Shown one piece after another: positions 24,873 through 37,301 of a DNA stretch of 64,000 nt. Both the position numbers and the translations under genes were made by a program. The DNA is from Gnetum montanum. Taxonomy: Eukaryota; Plantae; Gnetophyta. The stretch is taken from assembly GCA_015680685.1 (NCBI GenBank), contig MNCI01003473.1:328898-392897 (forward strand). The letters run 5' to 3'. The notes under the pieces are model-generated. The model saw only the letters and a program-made list of their open reading frames with translations, was not told the DNA's origin and did not search any database. Within the stretch, counting starts at the first letter, position 1. Each line of letters starts with the position of its first letter.

Positions 24873-25413
24873 TCAGTTAATGAGACGCTTCTTCCTGTAA
24901 TAAGCCACATCTTCATCATTGGGGAAGAGGCCCATGAGGCGACCAGCAGAGCTCTGATACGCATACATGAATCCTCCCATGAGCCCGATTATCCCTGCCG
25001 TTACCATTGAAGGACCTCTCATGTTGCAGTTCATTCCTGCGCCATAAATTGATTAGTTAATGTTATTAATGATGTTTTCAAAGTCAAATCGATCCAGAGG
25101 GTCTACGGACTTAAAAATTTCAGTTTCAGTTTCCTTAATAATAAACCCACATCAGATATCACAGAATGATTTTGATTGCTGAAATAGCAAATTAAATTAA
25201 ATTCAATTCAATTCAACGCAATGCAGAAGGGCTGAGAGATGTTTGTTTTGAAATACCGGAGAGATAACCAACAGTGATGGAACCGCTGGTGAGAGTGGTC
25301 AACTTGAGGTAGTCGAGCAAGCTGAAATTGGCCACTGTTTTTCCCAAGGGCGGATTCTTGTCTATCACAGGATACTCTGGTTTTGCCAGATTTCCCAGAT
25401 CGTCAGTGTCCAT
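24873..25413 (-). CDS. Mitochondrial complex I accessory subunit, 20.9-kDa/NUXM (MNLL-equivalent) family, At4g16450-like; exons 25413-25257 and 25036-24873; 106 aa
   Basis: The spliced product is MDTDDLGNLAKPEYPVIDKNPPLGKTVANFSLLDYLKLTTLTSGSITVGYLSG/MNCNMRGPSMVTAGIIGLMGGFMYAYQSSAGRLMGLFPNDEDVAYYRKKRLIN*. A 220-nt phase-1 GT..CAG intron lies at 25256-25037. Family motifs YPVIDxNP and GGFMYAYQxSAGRLMGxFPN are intact. Confidence 0.95.
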
Positions 25414-25503
25414 TTTTTTTCTTCTCTCCTTTTCTTATAAACCTCCTGCTGCTGCTGCAACAAAAACACGAGATTGAGATTTAGATTGAGATTGAGCGTG
25501 AGC

Positions 25504-25511
25504 GTGGACCC
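25504..25511. promoter_or_regulatory. Candidate TCP-binding site GTGGACCC upstream of the complex I gene
   Basis: Matches the GTGGNCCC consensus about 90 bp upstream of the ATG. It is a single short motif and could be chance. Confidence 0.3.
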
Positions 25512-25919
25512 TTCCCTTCTTCAAACCCTCCCTTCGCTCAGTTTCCACGCTTTGAATAATGGATCAGATTACCAACGATGGTAAAACAGATGCTTGACAG
25601 AATTTGCTTACCCAGTATTATCAACTAAAATAAAGCAGGCTCAGATATCAGGTTTAGCCAGATGCTTGCAATGAATGTACCGCATTTCAACTTTATGGAA
25701 TAATTCGGATCTAGACTTCCAGCAAAATGAATAACATCATAAAAATTCGTAATTTGTCATTTTTGTTTGTTTGTATTTTATTTAAAACAAATAATTATAT
25801 ACAATACCGTCAAACTGCCCTATAACTCGCCTTTGAATTAACTAGACTATGGACCATGCTCTATGCAACCTTCATTTCAGTATTACTAAACTACTTTAAT
25901 AATAGCAATAATTATGTTT

Positions 25920-26057
25920 GTTCTTGGAACCTAAAATAAGTGAAACATACAAGATTTATAAAAGTTTTAACTCAATGCTACCTAGTAGAATTGAACCTAT
26001 AACCTAGGGTTACCAAGCCAAGCCAAGCCAAGACTCGTATCACTAAGCTAACACCTC
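25920..26057 (-). mobile_element. tRNA-derived SINE copy
   Basis: Minus strand GGTGTTAGCTTAGTGATACGAG (A-box-like)...GGTTCAATTC (B-box), then the shared tail TATGTTTCACTTATTTTAGGTTCCAA. Internal (CTTGG)n expansion. Confidence 0.65.
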
Positions 26058-26744
26058 ATTATTATGTCCCCTAGAGCAATCATCATTTGCATCCAAACAT
26101 CTAACCTGATTATCTACCAGGTAGTCTATACATACATAGAAACTATGCATTATTAACCAATGGGGTATTAATTTTTGTCACTATTGCATGTATAGCTTTG
26201 AAAATGAGTCTTGCTACTAAGCTAAAGCCTCATTGTTCTATTTATTTATTTTATTATTATCATTACATAAACCTAAATTTAAAAAAAAAGCATTTTTTAA
26301 TGCAATTTGCTTGAAAGGTCAAGTTAGTGGCTCAATGATTAGTAAGGCAAAAATCCAACGTTTGATTTCCACCATGCTCTAACCACAAAAATAAAAATGG
26401 TCAAAAGGCTTTAAAAATGTAATTAATATGAATCATTGAAATAGCTCATTCAAATTGAATATGTAACTCGTACAATAAAAAGAAATTTGCTAAATAGATT
26501 CCAAAATGGCAAATGTGCAATAAAAACATCTAAGACTAACTCCTTGCTTTTGCTAGTGGAAGCATAAATCAAGCCTACATTGTTTGTCAAAACTTTATAT
26601 AAGTTCAAAGGTATGCTTGATATCTTAATATGTTATCATAATGGTTAAAATAATACATTGCTCCTAAAACTATCTAAGGTTGGCAATGGAATAAGGTTCC
26701 TCTAAGCTTACTATTGTAGAAATTTCAACTTTTTAGAGTCGATT

Positions 26745-27150
26745 TGAGCCACCATGAGTTGCAGGGAGGTCGTGGTCTACAATGCCATAAGTTGTGGTCT
26801 TTGACTACAAGTCATGGTGACTGGCCATGGGTTGTGGTTAAGTTATGTTGCTATACCATGAGCCCACCACATGTTGTGGTCTGATAGAACAAAGAGGAAA
26901 TGAACTCTATGAATACCATAAGCTAGCCACAAGTTGTGGTCAGCCTATGGTGAACATTTTAGCCTATATGATACTTCCTTGTACCTGAAATTTGACCCAC
27001 AAGTGGACCATGAGTTGTGGAACTATTAAAAAACAAACCACAAGTTGTGATCTACAATACCACGAGTTCTAGTAAGGTCATAATCTTCTAAAACTATTGT
27101 TGTGTTTACCATGAGTCATGGTGAACTCATGGTGAAGTTGTGGCCCCATA
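26745..27150. repeat. Second degenerate ACCACGASTCGTGGT quasi-palindrome array
   Basis: ACCATGAGTTGTGG, CCACAAGTTGTGG and ACCATGAGTCATGG, plus surviving CCACGAG (27060) and GTCGTGG (26769). Confidence 0.7.
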
Positions 27151-28674
27151 GAAAAGAGCAAATGATGCCAAAACAAAATTTTGAAGACAATATAAGCAAA
27201 TTTGGGAATCAAAACTTGGAAAGAAAGGCTAGGAACATGTTCTATAGCCTCCAAACATGATGAGGCAAGCTTGAATTAGATCATAAACATGAATTGAACC
27301 TTGAATATACCTTATATGTGCAAAATGCACAAAACCACTATAAACATGCATGAACTATAAAATCCATACTATTCATATGCTTTTAAAACCATGGAACAGA
27401 CATCAGAAAAGACTCTTACAATCTTAAGAAGCTTGAAACAAACACATGCAAAGAGAGTTATGTGCTTTTACATCAAATTAGTATGAAAGGGCTAGAACCC
27501 ATGATCATGAACATAATATAAGAGAGAAATTTGCTTGAACCTATAAATGGGGAGTGGACCCCTTGAACTAAAGCACAAAATCACTTCTAAATTCTTCAAA
27601 TCTTTACTAGAAACATGAAAAAACATACCTTTAACTTTATAAACTTGAGAGAACTTGAAATTGAAATATGCATGTAAGAAACATGTCAGAATGCATAAAT
27701 TGTGGCGATTATAAAAGAAAAGCTTGCAAGAACTTGAGAGAAGAACCCATGAAAGGGGATTTACTCCTCAAATTGAGAGAGTCACGTTGTAAGAATGCTA
27801 GAAAAGAGAAAGGGAAAAGCTATGATAGCTTTCCCAAGCATATAAAACTTGCACAAGAACACTCAAGAATTGAAGAGGTTTTATTCACATTAACTCAAAA
27901 TGAAAGGCAAGTTATAATGAAAGGGAACCACCCATATTTATACTTTTTTGTAGAAGATTTTGCCTCTTAGAGCATGGGCCACACATGAAGGCTCTTGGTC
28001 CCTCCTTGTTCTTTTTAGCAATTTGCTCAATCCCTAACCATTTGAAACCCTTTTTCTTCAAACAAATACACTTATATCTCCTAATACATCAATGTAAACA
28101 CACCAACATGAAAAACAAAGACTACCACTACTTCCTAATATGCTCAACATCAAAGGAAATATGGATGAAGGATTTAGAATGCACTCATTTACACTATTTC
28201 TATAAAAAACTTAGACAATAATAATATGGACATAGTGGTGCTTTAAATACAACTCAAAATTGAATGCTACATATTTCTTACAAAGCAATAAGCTCATTAG
28301 TTTAGTTGTACTTTCATGGAAATAACCTTTTCTTGTCAAACTAGATATTAATGCAATCTTTCCTTTCCCATTTCAAAGTTAAAGTCATGAACAACTTGAC
28401 AAACTTGATACCTATGTGCATGGTTTTTTACAATCCATGTGATGCCTATGCCATTATCCCATATAATACCATGCATACCATTCACTTAATTTTTACATCC
28501 ATGAATGAAATATAGCAATCCATAGCATGACGTCATTACATGTAGTGCATGTTTTAACTTAACTTATTTTTACATTCTTTCTATTGAAAGAAAGTAAAAT
28601 ATAATCTACTTTGTAATGTTTTGATAGTTTGTAATGTTGCATCATTATAAACTTTATTTTATACCATACCGTAA

Positions 28675-28792
28675 GTTATTAGTTTAGTGGTAAGACTCTT
28701 GACTTAAAAGCTCCAAGTCATGGGTTCAATTCAAGTGAGCAATGCTAAGTTATACAGTTCTAATTGCACTATATATCTTGGGGTGTACCTAT
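28675..28792 (+). mobile_element. tRNA-derived SINE copy
   Basis: A-box-like TAGTTTAGTGGTAAGA and B-box GGTTCAATTC (28723-28732). Body shared with 25920-26057, 28815-28928 and 62591-62830. Confidence 0.7.
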
Positions 28793-28814
28793 AGTACTAA
28801 GGGAGGTAGGTGTC

Positions 28815-28928
28815 AAAACCCAAAATAATTGAAACATAGATACACCCCAAGCTATATAGTTCACATAGAACTTTATAGCTTAGCATTGCCCCCTAGAATT
28901 GACTTGGAGTTTCTAAATCATTAGGCTA
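28815..28928 (-). mobile_element. tRNA-derived SINE copy with the B-box deleted, inverted relative to its neighbour
   Basis: The reverse complement GATTTAGAAACTCCAAGTCAATTCT...GCAATGCTAAGCTATAAAGTTCT...CTTGGGGTGTATCTATGTTTC matches 28701-28792. Confidence 0.7.
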
Positions 28929-30522
28929 TATCATCATTGTTATGTAACTATATTACAATTATTTTAGGGTTCCAACAACTACCTCCCCTTCCCCTCCCCT
29001 CCACCCTTAAAAAAAAAACACTTTTCCATACCATATAATATGAAGTCATGAACGTAAAATATAATATGATTTTTACTATTTTGTGGGTTGTTGAAATGCC
29101 CAAAAAAAAACATCTCAAAATCAATTCATTAAAAAAAATAACAAGTTACATCAAGGACATTAAAATACCTAAAGGTGTTTGGACTCCTAATTAACAACAT
29201 AAAACAATTATAACAAATTGAGATTATTGCTTTTAAACTAACACTAATAGCAAAGCTAAAATAACAAAACTCTCCATCAATGTTGTGGCTTTTAGATAAC
29301 ATCAATAGTGAATCCAAAATACCAAAACTCTCTACCAATAATTCAATAGCAAGAGATGAATGTAATGTGTTACATGCTCAAAGAGGATTAGCTTATAGAC
29401 TACACTAAATAAAGGTAACATCTTCTTAAAAAAATAGAGTATCTTAATCATTTAACCATTGTAAAACAAGAACATATGTATTTCTAACCCAAGGTGTTAA
29501 AGCTAAAAAGAAAGACAAATTGTAAAAAAAAAAAATAGTATTAGTTGAAAGAGAAACTTGATAATTGGTAAACAAATACTCATTTCATTTCTTTAAAATA
29601 AGGAGAAGAAATTTAGAAATTTTTAAACCTTCTACAAGACTCAAGATGATAGCAAAGATACAATTAATAAGGATAGGAGGCACTGAGAACATAGAAAATG
29701 CTTATTTGAACAAAAGAGCTTGTTGACCTTTTAGTATGTCAAAACCTTAAGAAAAATGGAGAACATAGAATGGTTTGTGGAGTGTGATGTTTTTTTAGGG
29801 CATGAAGAAGAGCTCAAGACTTGACATTTACAAATATATGTCAAAGTGAAGACCACAAGGACTTGCTAGACATGAATGAAGACTCAAGGAATGAGAGCTA
29901 CAATGAGATGTCAAAGTGAAGACTACAAGGACTCAAGAGAGTCTAGACAAGGACTTCACTAGAAAAGTGGAAGAAAGGGCAAAGAAAATTACTATAGTGA
30001 AATGAAGATGTTTCAAGAATTTGGAAAAAGAAAAATCAATGAAAGGAATCTTTGAGAACTAAGTTCAAAGCTAAGAAAACGTCTCCCAGAAGCAGAAGAC
30101 GTCTTGGTCAAAAGTGCAGAAGAACAGAGAAGATGTCTTGCTAAAATAGTAGATGTCTCTTGTCTAGGGAAGATGTTTACATGAAGATGTCTCATCAAAA
30201 ACATCTCCACTAGCCATTAGATAGCCATTGCATGAATTTCAAGGTGATTTTAGAAACTTCAAGGCTATAAGAAGACTTCATTCTCTTGGGCATTGAGCTA
30301 GTTTTTGGTGCAAGCAAGTGTCAACATCAAGCAATCATTGTGTACATCATTCTATTGTATTTGTGTACCTCATTGTACTATCTTATGTACGATAGTAGTG
30401 ATCAATTGTGTTGTACCTCAATGTACAAGGACCAGCAAATTAGTTGCATCCTTTCCTTGTAAATTTTGTTTTTATTTCTAGTTGCCCTATTGGGGTTGAT
30501 GTGCTTCTTGTGAAAAGGTATC

Positions 30523-32050
30523 ATGCATGACTCAAAAGCTAAAAATTGTTTATATTGTGCTTTGAACAAATATGAATTTAATAGAGTAGTTGGATGTAAA
30601 ATGGCCAAAGAAATTTGGGAAACATCAGAAGCTATGTATGAGGGAACTTCAATAGTTAAGCAATCTAAATTGTTAGTCTTACAAAGTGAGTATGACAAGC
30701 TTAAAATCAGAGAAGGAGAAAAAAATAAAAGATTATTTTTCTAGAGCAAATGATCTTGTTGTGGCTATTAGAGAAATGGATAACGATTTGCTAAAGAGTG
30801 ATGTCATAATAAAGATGATTAGAACTTTACAACCAGAATTTAGATCAAAGGTGACTACAATGGAAGAAATTAGGGATTCTTTAGAACTTAAATTTGAAGA
30901 GCTTCAAAGTTCTCTCATTGCTTATGAAATGAATCTCACAAGTGAAGGGGCAATTCAAGGAAAACCCGTTGCTCTAAAAACAACTTCAAAGGAGAAAGAA
31001 CCTGCAGATGAGGACAATGAAGAGGAGATATCCCTTCTCTCAAGAAAGCTACAAAGAGATATAGCAAAGAGGGGTAAGAGCTTCAATCAATAGAGATCAA
31101 ATCCATTCAAAGATAAAGAGAGAGGTAAAAAATTTTCAACTTCTACTTTTGGTTCTTCTTCTATAGAATGTTGGGTCTATGGTGGAAGAGGCCATATGAC
31201 CTCTGGATTTCCTAGTAATGATAGGTTACAACAAAAGAATAGATCAAAAGAAGAGATGAAAAAGACCAACTTCTACACATGTTGGGATGATGAGGAGCAA
31301 ATTGAAGAAGAGGTAAAGGATGATAACAAAAATTCACATCTCATCTGTATGGCACTCAAAAATGATGATGATGACACCTTAGATAATAAACTCAATGAGG
31401 AAGAAAGGTTTGATTTTTTATGTAATGAGTTGTTATCTTTTCAAAATCTCTACAATAAGTTGAATAAGCAAGTTAAAACAAAGGATCAAGAAATCTCTTT
31501 ATCAAATTCAACAATTTCTAATCTTACCAAAGAACTCTCAGACCTAAGGGCTAAGAATGAAAAGCTAACCTTGTCTTATGAGTAGGCTAAACTAGAAATT
31601 GTAGATGTCAAACTTGTGAACAAAAGGCTAGCGATAGGAAAAAAATCACTTCGGATGGTATTAGGACAAGGAAAAAGTTCACATGATAAGAGTGGGATAG
31701 GATTCTATACAAAAGATGAATCACCTATGTCAATCCCATCTTAATCGAATGTTAGTCCAAAGAACAATGCCACCACATCCCAATCAAAAGAAGCTTCCAT
31801 CCATAAAACTAATCCTCAAAGGTTTGATCGTTCTAATCATTCTTACTATAATAGGAGGATTAGATGCTATTATCATCATAAATTTGGGCATAAAATGGGA
31901 ATGCAATTTAAAATTTTTTCATATGAATAGCTGGTTGTATCATAAGACTCATTGGTCTTACCAAAATGTACCAAGAAAGGAATTTATGCAGGATGATAGA
32001 AGGAATTGAACAACTCAAAAGAACAAGTGAAGAAAGAATGGATAATCAAG
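30523..32050 (+). pseudogene. Copia/Sirevirus gag remnant
   Basis: AKNCLYCALNKYEFNRVVGCKMAKEIWET...EGTSIVK, KMIRTLQPEFRSKVTTMEE, zinc-knuckle remnant, coiled coil and DKSGIGF motif. Confidence 0.88.
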
Positions 32051-32515
32051 AGGAAGAAATAGGGGAATGAAGAGACTCTATCCAAAAAATTCCTAATATG
32101 GAGCCAAGCCTTAGAGATAGAGGAAGTTTGTGCAAAATGAAAAACCTTGAAAAAGGAATCTCATTTTCTAGCACTATAAGCACCTCCATTCTCTTCAACA
32201 AGAAAAGGTAAGTAGAGGTTAGCTTTCTTTTAATAATGTATACTTTATAAGACTATAGTCCTTGGCAGCCTTTCCCAAACCCTATCCTATTGAGCCTCAT
32301 CAAAGGAGACATCTTCCTGAAGATGTCTACTAGGAGACATTTACTCTTAACAAGAGACGTCTACATGAAGACATCTACCTAAAACATGAGATGTCTAATT
32401 GTCATCTCCTACAGCATAGTAGAGACGTCTATTGTAGAAAGAAGAACTCTACCTTGATTTTTAATCATAGAGGAGATGTTTATCTTCTAGTAGAGGTATC
32501 TTCTTTCTCATCAAA

Positions 32516-34280
32516 ATGCCCTCCTTCAGCACCACTATAAAAGTTAAAACCCTCATTGTTTGTCTTGTTCTTCAAAGATGATCCTACAGAGATGACTAAG
32601 GCTCCACAAGTGATAGCAATTTGAGTAGTAATGACCCACAAGAAGGTTGGAACATTCAGGCTACCACCAAAGAAGAGATCTAGAGGGAGTTCTAGTAGCA
32701 CACCAAGCTCCTACATGCTACAATCCAAAAGTACCAGCACCCAGCACTGATTTGAGGTAACTTGAACCGTGAGCATCATCTTTGAGTGTTCCTTAGCTTT
32801 TTCTTTACATAGGAAGCAAAATTTGATAGAATATTTTAAAGTGTTAAACTAGAGAGATTTCATTACAATGAATTTCTTAGTTCCATAAGTGTTAATTAGA
32901 TATTTTTATTACAATATTTTGATTTCCAATATTGTTGCTGAGACATTCACATCCATGGTTAGAGGTCTTGTCATTGAGGTGTCTCCACAAGTTGTGAATG
33001 CACTCCTTGGGATTTCCAATGTAGATGTTTTCCAAGTGATCATTGATACTATGAATGATATTTATACAAATGGTATAATTCTTGTGAGTCATGATGAATT
33101 TTGTAATGCTTTGTGTGGAGAAACCATGTCTTTTGATAAAGGAAAAATTAATAGAAACAGAATGTCTCTTGATGCTTCCACTTTGTTCCTTATTGTGCTA
33201 TATAGCATTATTGTAGAAGGGGGAAGCTATAGTTATTTGTTGCCACCCCAAGCTTTTGTTCTCTACTACCTTCTTATAGGATAGCTACTAGATTTGGGGC
33301 ATACTCTCTACCAGGACGTGCTGAGTTTGTATGCCAAGGAGAAAATCCTTAGGCATCCTTATCTCTTTAGTTGATTGATTCATTAGAGGGGTGTACTTAT
33401 TCCTGAGATGCCTTTGTTCAAAGGCAAGTGGAGCCTCAATGAGTTGTTGAAAAGAGGAGTCTTTCTCATGCAAAAGCATAAGGACCAAGTACCAAGCCAT
33501 CTCATGCAAAAGCATCAGGACCAAGTACCAAGCCACCTTCATCAGAAAAGAATAAGAAAGTAGCATCATCCTCTAGGGCCTCTCCTTTGTTAAGTAGGTC
33601 CAAATCTACTAGAGCACATCTTAGATCATCCCTGAAGAAGCTTCTTCAACTATTTTCTCATAGTATCAGGATGCTTGGGAGGAATCTATCTTACTTTTGT
33701 AAGAGAATGGATGCTATTAGCATCCCTCTTCCTCTAGATGGATAGTAGTTTGTGGAAGTCACTACTTATCCTTTCATTGATAGTGAGGAGGACATTCCTA
33801 CTTTACCAAGGCACTCTATAGTAGCTGGACCTTCCCATGCTTATGACTCTAGGATGGAGTTCAATTTTGAGCCTAATGCACCATCAGCTCATGTCCAGGG
33901 GGAGCCTCATGTTCCCACACAACCTAAGCATCAGGTTCCATCTTTAGGTGATTCTTCTAGATCCTTTAAGTAGTAGGCCATGGAGAGTACTTTTGGGACC
34001 ACATCCCAATGGGTGCATATTGATTTTACTTATCAGAGAAAGGGAGATTTTTCATCTTCCTAGTAGGCTCTAGCTTAGCTTGATGCACCAGCTTCATCTT
34101 GGTTTCAAGTGAAGCTTCATTTTTAGAGTGGCCATGTTTAGCAAATAGAGTCTTTAAATGATGATGAGCAACATTTCACTAGCTCTAGCACTAGCAGCAA
34201 TGATGATAACGAGGAGACTTAAGACTCATCCAAAGTAGTAGTTGATTTAGAGTCTAATGATGTCACTAGGGTTAGTGATT
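32516..34280 (+). pseudogene. env-like accessory ORF remnant of the Sirevirus-like element
   Basis: ORF 32889-33284 (FYYN...MVRGLVIEVSPQVVNALLG) resembles the FYxN...VRG...INxxLG signature of plant retroelement env-like ORFs. It lies between gag and the PPT. 36-bp tandem duplication at ~33464-33535. Confidence 0.6.
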
Positions 34281-36007
34281 AGGATCCTCAGGTGTTCTTT
34301 CTCTTTCTCTCTCCTTTTTTTTGATGTCCAAAAAGGGAAAGAAATTTGGAGATGTTCACATATGTGATTTTTATATATGATGCAGCTATTGTATGGATAG
34401 TTGTATGGACAAATGAGGATGGTTTATGATCTAGACTTAGGGTGTTCATTTCGGTTATCTCTGTCTGGTGCACTTCTTAGAGATAGGTTTTACTTTTGCA
34501 TCGTATCATATTCGATTTTATCATCCTTCCCTATGCCTTTGAACCTCATTGAACCTTAGAGATTTTATCCTAGTCCCTAGCTACCATTGGAATTTATATG
34601 TCTTGACATTTTAATATTATTATCAGTATTTATTGGTTTATCTTCTTACCCATTTTTTAAGTTTTGAACATCACCAAAAAGGGGAAGATTATTGAACTTT
34701 TGGTATGTCAAAACCTTAAGGAAAATGAAGAACATAGAATGGTTTATGGAGTGTGATGTTTTTGTATGGCATGAAGGAGAGCTTAAGAGATGACATCTAC
34801 AAATAGATGTCAAAGTGGAGACCACAAGGACTTGCTAGACATGAATGAAGACTCAAGGAATGAGAGCTACAACAAGATGTCAAAGTGAAGACTACAAGGA
34901 CTCAAGAGACTTTGGACAAGGACTTTATTAGAAAATTGGAAGCAAGGGAAAAGAAGAAGACTACAGGGAAATGAAGATGTTCCAAGAATTTGGAAGAAGT
35001 AAAATCAATGAAAGAAAGTTTCAGAAACCAAGTTCAAATTTGAGAAGATGTCTTCCAAAAGTAGAAGGCATCTTGGCTAAAGTGCAGAAGAACCAAAGAA
35101 GACATCTTGCTAAAAAAGTAGACATCTCATGTCTAGAGAAGACATCTACATGAAGACGTCTGCTTTGATAGAGATATGTCTCCCCTAAACTAAAGTCTAT
35201 GCAGTGAGATGTCTCAATCTTGAAGAAGACCTCTCTCCTAAACTAAAGTTTGTGTAGTGAAATGTCTCAATCCTGAAAAAGACATCTCCCCTAGTCATTA
35301 GATAGTCGTTGCATGAATTCTGAGGTGATTTCAGAAACTTCAAGGCTATAAGAAGACTTTATTCTCTTGGAGATTGAGTAAGTTTTTGGTGCAAGTAAGT
35401 GTTAGCATCAAGAAATCATTGTGTACATTATTTTATTATATTTTCTTACCTCATTGTACTATCTTGTGCACTATTGTAGTGATCAATTATGTTGTACCTA
35501 AAAGTACAAGGACTAGCAAATCAATTGCATCCTTTCCTTGTAAATTTTGTTTCTCTTTCTAGTAGCCCTACTGGGGTTGATTTGCTTCTTGCGAGAAGGC
35601 ATCATCCTTGAGCTTGTCAGGATCCTACTAAGATTAAGTGTTGGTGTAGCGTTACAACACTCCAAAGTAGAGCTCAAGTTGTAAAGTTTATGGGATCTTG
35701 GAAACCACATTCTAAGCTTGTTGGGGCCTTGGAGGGTTGAGTGGATTTGTATCAATGAATCACTCTGAAGTAGAGCTTAGAGCTTGTATAGGGTGTGGTA
35801 CCCTTTAAACCACATTTTAAGAGAACAAAGTTTGAAGGTGTGCAAGCAATCTACCCTCTAAATGTGGAATACCCAAGTTGGAAAACCATGTAAATTTTCC
35901 GTGTGCTTTGTGTTGATGAATTTTTGATTTGGGGAACTTTTTCATTTCCCCCCTTCTAAGTTCTATGATTCTTAGAGCCATCATAGGCTTAATCCTTAGG
36001 CAATTCA

Positions 36008-37301
36008 AAAATAAATGTGAAAGAGATTATGAAGAATCATAAAAAGTACATTGAGAACTGTCAAGCCCAATCTATTACATTATTGCAGCCATGGACAATC
36101 TACTATTGAGTAATGACCATGTGAAAACTTTAATCTTAGGTTGCAAACTGGTCCTCCATACTTTCTTAAAAGTGATCCTTCATTTATCAAAACCCCAATT
36201 AATACACCATTTTTAATTGAAATATTGAAAAGGATGTTATCTTAGAAGCACCTTAATTAAGCATTTGAAAATCATTAATTCTAAAATACAAGATTCATCA
36301 TTCCAAAACCAATTATACTGCAATTCCCATAAAGATGATTTAGGTGCCTAAAGTTGAGCATCAACAATTGAAAGGATGGCATATAAAAAGGATTGATACT
36401 TTCTATGAGTAAGAAACTTTTGAATAATAACATCTTCTTACATAATTGTTAATTCATCCACAAAACTCTCCCAATTTTAAATTGGTAATAACTTCAAAAT
36501 CTTTCTGGAAGGATATTGAAATTCATTAAGGTAGAAGCAGTAGCTACAAAGTAGCATAATAAATGTGACTGAGGCATAGAAAGATTAACATACTTAGAAG
36601 ACCAACTTAAAAGTTTAAAACTTATTCTTTTACCATATAGCTTGGAGAAACATGAAGTATTTAATGTTTAAGGAAGCTTTAGAAATAACTCAATTTAGCC
36701 AAAAAAAATGTTATCTATTTGCTAAAAACAAAGTCTAACCACCTTATTCTAGCTCTTCATGTCATTCATTGCCCCAAGAATCCATTTTGCAGATAAAGCC
36801 AATGATTGGTCATAAAAGCTACCAATTTCAAGGCCATCTTCTTCTTTGGGAAGAGTACCAATATTTCACTTAACTTAAGCAAATTCATGACTAGAATTAT
36901 TATTTTTGCAAATACAACTCCTAATAATCTCTTTAATCTTTATATAGTTTCATTTTTAAAGCTAAGAAAGGACTAGTAAACATAGATGGATGAAAGAATG
37001 CATTTTGCAACAATAATCATTCTAGGAAGAGAAAGATGTCATTTTGATTACTTTTTTACTTTTTATATAACTTTCTACATAATAGAATCCCATAATTAAG
37101 AAATGTTAGGTATAACAACAAGAGGTATACCAAGAATTTTAAAGATTTCATGTGGTTCATTCCATCTCCAAACAACATTTTAGATGTTGTGATTAAGAGG
37201 TCTATAATAAGATTTAACATAAATAGACTTTTCCCAATTAATTCTTAAGCTAAAAGCATCATAGAAACTTTGAATAATATTGATATCTTTTTGAATCTTT
37301 G
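36008..37301 (-). mobile_element. L1-type LINE ORF2, middle piece (RT C-terminus to zinc finger)
   Basis: Minus strand LRINWEKSI, KILGIPL, TLPKEEDGL and VWRTSLQPKIKVFTW...QCTFYDSS*SLSHLF. Joins 50963 onward across the Tat insertion. Confidence 0.8.

Larger units (their letters stand above)
29721..36007 (+). mobile_element. Non-autonomous Ty1/copia, Sirevirus-like (gag and env-like ORF, no pol)
   Basis: LTR pair 29721-~30523 (3'-truncated) and 34690-36007. PPT CACCAAAAAGGGGAAGAT before the 3' LTR and an upstream PPT-like copy at ~34327. LTR end ...TTCCCCCCTTCT...AATTCA. Copia gag and an env-like region are present; no RT or integrase motifs seen. Confidence 0.82.

Noticed and set aside
25145-25155. 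ACCCACATCAG resembling the plant snRNA upstream sequence element
   Set aside because: Imperfect match inside an intron, with no correctly spaced TATA or recognisable snRNA.
25213-25256. ORF-track extension of the complex I ORF (ISKQTSLSPSALR)
   Set aside because: It reads into the intron. Splicing at 25256/25037 restores the conserved C-terminal half.
26330-28600. Possible Mutator-like element with long TIRs
   Set aside because: Only weak inverted similarity (~26670 vs ~28340); no defined termini or TSD.
28675-28745. tRNA gene candidate with A/B boxes
   Set aside because: No intact cloverleaf, and it continues into a shared non-tRNA body seen in several copies, so it is a SINE head.
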